Positions 22,406-64,000 of a stretch of DNA of 64,000 nt are shown in pieces. The stretch is from Octopus sinensis. Taxonomy: Eukaryota. Position numbers and translations under genes: made by a program. Under the pieces are notes generated by a model. It saw only the letters and a list, made by a program, of their open reading frames with translations, did not search any database and had not been told where the DNA came from. The number at the start of each line of letters is the position of its first letter. The stretch's first letter is position 1. The stretch is taken from NCBI RefSeq assembly GCF_006345805.1, contig NC_043012.1, positions 32,054,001 through 32,118,000 of the forward strand. Direction: 5' to 3'.

Positions 22406-23395
22406 CCAGTTTGACGCCTTTTTTGAAAAAAGAGATATTAATCACTAAAACATGAAGTTAATGATATAATTAACTTCTTCGTTATGTAAAACACAGTTAA
22501 GTAGTCATATACCTTGTTTAAGAATGCACAGATATGCTAATTCTATACATCGAATTTGCTTAGGAATAAAATTATGAGTTTTTGGAAAATGGTAACTGCA
22601 AAACTGTGTGACAGACTATATCTCTCTATTAATTCCATCTTAAGTATGATGAAAACAGTAAGGAGTCATCAGATTACAACAGATACAGCCTTAAATTGAC
22701 TGGAATTAAGTTCCTTACTGAATTATCCCAAACCGTTTTCACTTGATAAAAAAAAAATTAAGCTTGTTCAAGAACCCTTACAGAGTTTGTAGTTAGGTAA
22801 AAAAAAAATGGTGATGAAAGCAATTATAATTGCATTATTTTGAGACAAAACCCAAATTAATATCAAAAGTGTCTGAGTTTCCACATGTGTATGCCTTTTA
22901 ATATTTTGTGTGATTGATAATCATTCACAGATGTGCATTTGTGTATCTATATACACAGAAACACGCTAGAAGAAGAGATCTTAATTGACCATGATCAATA
23001 ATAAATATATATTATCAATATCATTTTTATTATTCACAGAGGTAAAAATGATAAACTAATTTTTTTAAATATTAATCTCAATAAAATATTTTCAAATAAA
23101 AAAGAAAGAAAAACAGAGAAATAAATATGTTCTAGGGTATTTAAGAACTAAACTGACACTCTTCAGTACTTTATGCATGCATATAAAGTAAAAAGAAACA
23201 AAATGGTTATTAAGTTTATTTACTGGGGACTATAAAAAAAAAAGGGTATCAGGAATATTGTTTAGTTGTATTGGAAAAAAAACCCATTTTTTACATTTAC
23301 TTTGAAACCATGTGAAATTATTTAGTGTCAAGAGCAGACCAGTTGTTTAGAGGCCGTAACTAATGGATGGTGGGACCAAAATCCATCACAGAAGT

Positions 23396-60978
<37,583 letters not shown>

Positions 60979-61000
60979 GTTGGCTGCCGAGAATGTGCCT

Positions 61001-61010
61001 GTCACGTGAC
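61001..61010. promoter_or_regulatory. Palindromic extended E-box GTCACGTGAC just upstream of the RIC-3 ATG
   Basis: Direct reading; matches the MiT/TFE/USF-type bHLH-ZIP consensus. Function is inferred only. Confidence 0.35.
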
Positions 61011-61234
61011 CTACCTCTGTTAGCAAAAAAATGTTCATAGATATTCAATTACAGCTAGATCGCTTTGTTATGAATTTGGAAGCCATGTTGCTGCACCCAA
61101 AATATAAAAGAAACTTTAGCCCAGAATAACTTTTCATTTTACGGAGATGTACTTGCATAGCAAGTGACCTGATCTGAGATCGTGTGCTGGAACGAAAACA
61201 ATTGCAGCGTGGAAGGTGTTTATAAGCCATTTAA

Positions 61235-61951
61235 GGGATCTTTTCCTTTTGAACGGCACATGTCAACACAATTTCTAGTTAACTAAACACTTTAAAACTT
61301 CGTATACTGGTAGAATGTGTCAAAATAAAACATTTTTTCTCTTGGCTTTCTTGATAAAATTGTAATTTTTTTGTTTAACGTAGTTCAATTTTTTCGAATT
61401 TTAACCAATGAATCGTCTCTAGTGAGCTAAAATCATTTGCTGCGTCTAAAACTGAGACAACATCCTGTCACTAACCCTAACCCTAACCCTAAATTTCTTT
61501 TCTTAATTGTTAAATTAATTTAATTGTTACGCGTGTAAAAAAAACGTCACTAACCCTAACTCTCACCCTAACCCTAAATTTTAGCCTTTCGTTTTTGTTT
61601 TTTTTTCTTAATTGTTAAATTAATTTAGACACACGCGTAACAATTAAATTTATTTAACAATTAAGAAAAAAAAACGAAAGGCTAAAATTTAGGGTTAGGG
61701 TGAGGGTTAGGGTTAGTGACAGGATTTTGTCTCAATTTAAGACGCAGCAAATGATTTTAGCTCACTAGAGGCGATTCATTGGTTAAAATTCGAAAAATTA
61801 AACTACGTTAAACAAACAAATTACAATTTTATCAAGAAAGCCAAGAGAAAAAATGTTTTATTTTGACACATTCTACCAGTATACGAAGTTTTAAAGTGTT
61901 TAGTTAACTAGAAATTGTGTTGACATGTGCTGTTCAAAAGGAAAAGATCCC
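61235..61951. mobile_element. 717-bp palindromic MITE (GGGATC TIR family) with internal telomere-like repeats
   Basis: GGGATCTTTTCCTTTTGAAC ... GTTCAAAAGGAAAAGATCCC; arms about 250 bp inverted; (TAACCC)n and (GGGTTA)n inside. Confidence 0.85.
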
Positions 61952-62004
61952 GGTTGTATACTGTCAAATTAACGTGACAGTCCCGTAAATATATATATAT
62001 ATAT

Positions 62005-62540
62005 ATATTCAGGAGTACATAAGGCGTTTAATGGCATAAGGGCTGTGCTCAAGGGGAGGTTGGACAGGACCACCCGCGCCAACCTCATTAACACTGCAGT
62101 TCTGCCTGCAATGTTATATGTTAGTGAAACATGGGCTACCACAAAGAGAGAAGAGCAAAGACTGGTAACGGCTCAAAGAGCCATGGAAAGGTCAATCCTT
62201 GATATCTCGTTGAGAGAGCACACCAGTAGCGAGATCATCAGAAAGAAGTCCGGCGTGAGAGATGTCATCGCAGAGTATACACGCAGCAAGTATAGATGGG
62301 CTGGACACGTCGCCCGGCTCACCGATAATCGGTGGGCCCACGCAGTTGTCGAGTGGTACCCGCGCGAGCGGAAAAGACCACCCGGAAGACCTCCACGACG
62401 GTGGGGTTACGATTTCAGGAGGACGATTGGGATCACGTGGATGAGAAAGGCGCGATCCAGAGAGGAGTGGACAGCGTGCTGTGACCAGCGGTGTCAAATG
62501 GACGCCTGACGGACTGGTCGGTCAAGGTGATCAAGGTGAT
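62005..62540 (+). mobile_element. 5'-truncated RTE-clade LINE 3' end with open C-terminal frame
   Basis: LPAMLYVSETW, QRAMERSIL, RWAGHVAR, WYPRERKRPPGRPPRRW; tail CAAGGTGAT x2; inserted in (TA)n. Confidence 0.85.
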
Positions 62541-62606
62541 ATATATACACATATATATATATATATATAAACGGCAAAATGTCTGTCTGTGTGTACACAA
62601 TGGAGG

Positions 62607-62925
62607 AAGCACTCCGTCGGTTCCGACGACGAGGGTTCTGATTGATCCGATCAACGGAACAGCCTGCTCGTTAAATTAACGTGCAAGTGGCTGAGCACTC
62701 CACAGATACGTGTACCCTTAACGTAGTTCTCGGGGATATTCAGCGTGACACAGATAGTGACAAGGCCGGTCCTTTGAAATACAGGTACAACAGAAACAGG
62801 AAGTAAGAGTGAGAGAAAGTTGTGGTGAAAGAGTACAGCAGGGATCACCACCATCCCTGCTGGAGCCTCGTGGAGCTTTTAGGTGTTTTCGCTCAATAAA
62901 CACTCACAACGCCCGGTCTGGGAAT
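62607..62925 (-). mobile_element. SINE family N
   Basis: Body AAAACACCTAAAAGCTCCACGAGGCTCC..TTAAGGGTACACGTATCTGTGGAGTGCTCAGCCACTTGCACG. Confidence 0.75.
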
Positions 62926-62932
62926 GGCACAA

Positions 62933-63140
62933 TGGTGACACAATGTATACAGGATACTCCCAGTTCAGAACAGTTTGTATTATTCCTATGTTTCAAAATT
63001 TCATATGTCTCCATAGAACAAAGTTCACATCCATCCTTACTATTTGTTCTATGGAGACATATGAAATTTTGAAACATAGGAATAGTACAAACTTATTGAA
63101 TAACCGTTCTGAACTGGGATATCCTGTATACATTGTGCCA
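62933..63140. mobile_element. Foldback MITE
   Basis: CACAATGTATACAGGATACTCCCAGTTCAGAAC inverted to GTTCTGAACTGGGATATCCTGTATACATTGTG; inner arms also inverted. Confidence 0.8.
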
Positions 63141-63540
63141 CCCGTACTTTTAAGTATTTTAAATAACATTCTGACCATTCCTAAATTTTCAAATCTTAAT
63201 ATTTTGTAACCAAATGAGGAATTAATATACCATACTAGCTTCTATTTAACCTGCATAGATTACTAAGAATTTTCATCATATAAATAAATTTGAATATAGT
63301 GAATTTAGAATTTTTTGATACTCTCCTATATAGGATTGCAAAAAATTCTATATATCTAGGGAAATTATTTGGTTTATCTTGATTACCTCCCTTCCATTAC
63401 TTTTTAATATATCTTATTGACCCCTGATATATGTGCTAAATCGATAAGGTTTTTTACATATATACACACATATACCAATATTCATGTAGCTGATATGTAA
63501 ATATTGGTTTCAAATTTTGGCACAAGGCCAGTAATTTTAG

Positions 63541-63728
63541 GGTACTACTTGAGAACAGTGGTCCCGGTGCGCGCACTCGCATTGTTGTGCACCCGCGCTA
63601 GCTAGTCGTGACTTGTCGATCCTACAACGACTACATAGCAAAGTAAATAAAACACAAAGTAAAGATCGACTAGTCATGACTAGCTAGCGCGAGTGCGCGC
63701 ACCGGGACAGCTGTTCTCAAGTAGTACC
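63541..63728. mobile_element. GC-rich MITE with 9-bp TSD (Mutator-like)
   Basis: TSD TAATTTTAG at 63532-63540 and 63729-63737; TIR GGTACTACTTGAGAACAG. Confidence 0.85.
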
Positions 63729-63763
63729 TAATTTTAGGAGAGAGATATGTCGACCTCAGTATT

Positions 63764-63853
63764 GCGGAGGTAAAGAATACGCACTCCACCCGTTTCGGCG
63801 TCACCCTAATCCTAACCGCCGAAAATGGGTAGTGTGCGTATTCTTTACCTTCG
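63764..63853. mobile_element. 90-bp hairpin MITE-like insert
   Basis: GGTAAAGAATACGCAC / GTGCGTATTCTTTACC arms; loop ACCCTAATCCTAAC; splits an M-type SINE. Confidence 0.65.
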
Positions 63854-64000
63854 CCTCAACTGGTACTTATTTTATTGACCTCGAAAAGAAGAAAGGTAAA
63901 GTCGAGCCTCGGCGGAATTCGAACTCAGATTGTAAAGCACAAATATTAACATTTATTTAACCAGCTAATAGAAAGTAATTGCAGAATTAAAGTAAAAATG

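Noticed and set aside
61470-61720. TTAGGG repeats as telomere or fusion relic
   Set aside because: Only 3-4 units, symmetric within MITE arms and present in other family copies.

Overview
AT-rich, microsatellite- and transposon-dense animal genomic DNA. It is most likely an octopus (inference from the SINE repertoire and TA/CA microsatellite load; not verified by search). One host gene is supported: a 6-exon RIC-3 (nicotinic/Cys-loop receptor ER chaperone) gene on the minus strand (ATG 60978 to stop 23396, 406 aa, all junctions GT-AG and phase-compatible), which the ORF track shows only as fragments. The left end holds two head-to-tail Tx1/L1-clade units on the minus strand. One is an intact gag/ORF1-only element whose 3' end matches the tail of the commonest SINE in the window; the other is a degenerate full LINE (ORF1 + EN/RT ORF2) that runs off the window edge. 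The rest is SINEs of at least three families, RTE and CR1-like LINE fragments, non-autonomous Helitrons, mariner/Tc1 remnants, piggyBac-type and other MITEs, many foldback elements and long (TA)n tracts. Highlights: (1) two identical type I hammerhead-ribozyme-like motifs 840 bp apart in a (TA)n tract in RIC-3 intron 1, plus a third minimal hammerhead-like motif; (2) the gag-only Tx1 partner element with a SINE-shared tail and a perfect splice donor at the end of both ORF1s; (3) four LINE-SINE 3'-tail pairings visible in this one window; (4) a 717-bp palindrome with a G-quadruplex motif just upstream of RIC-3. No rRNA, true tRNA or CRISPR array was found.
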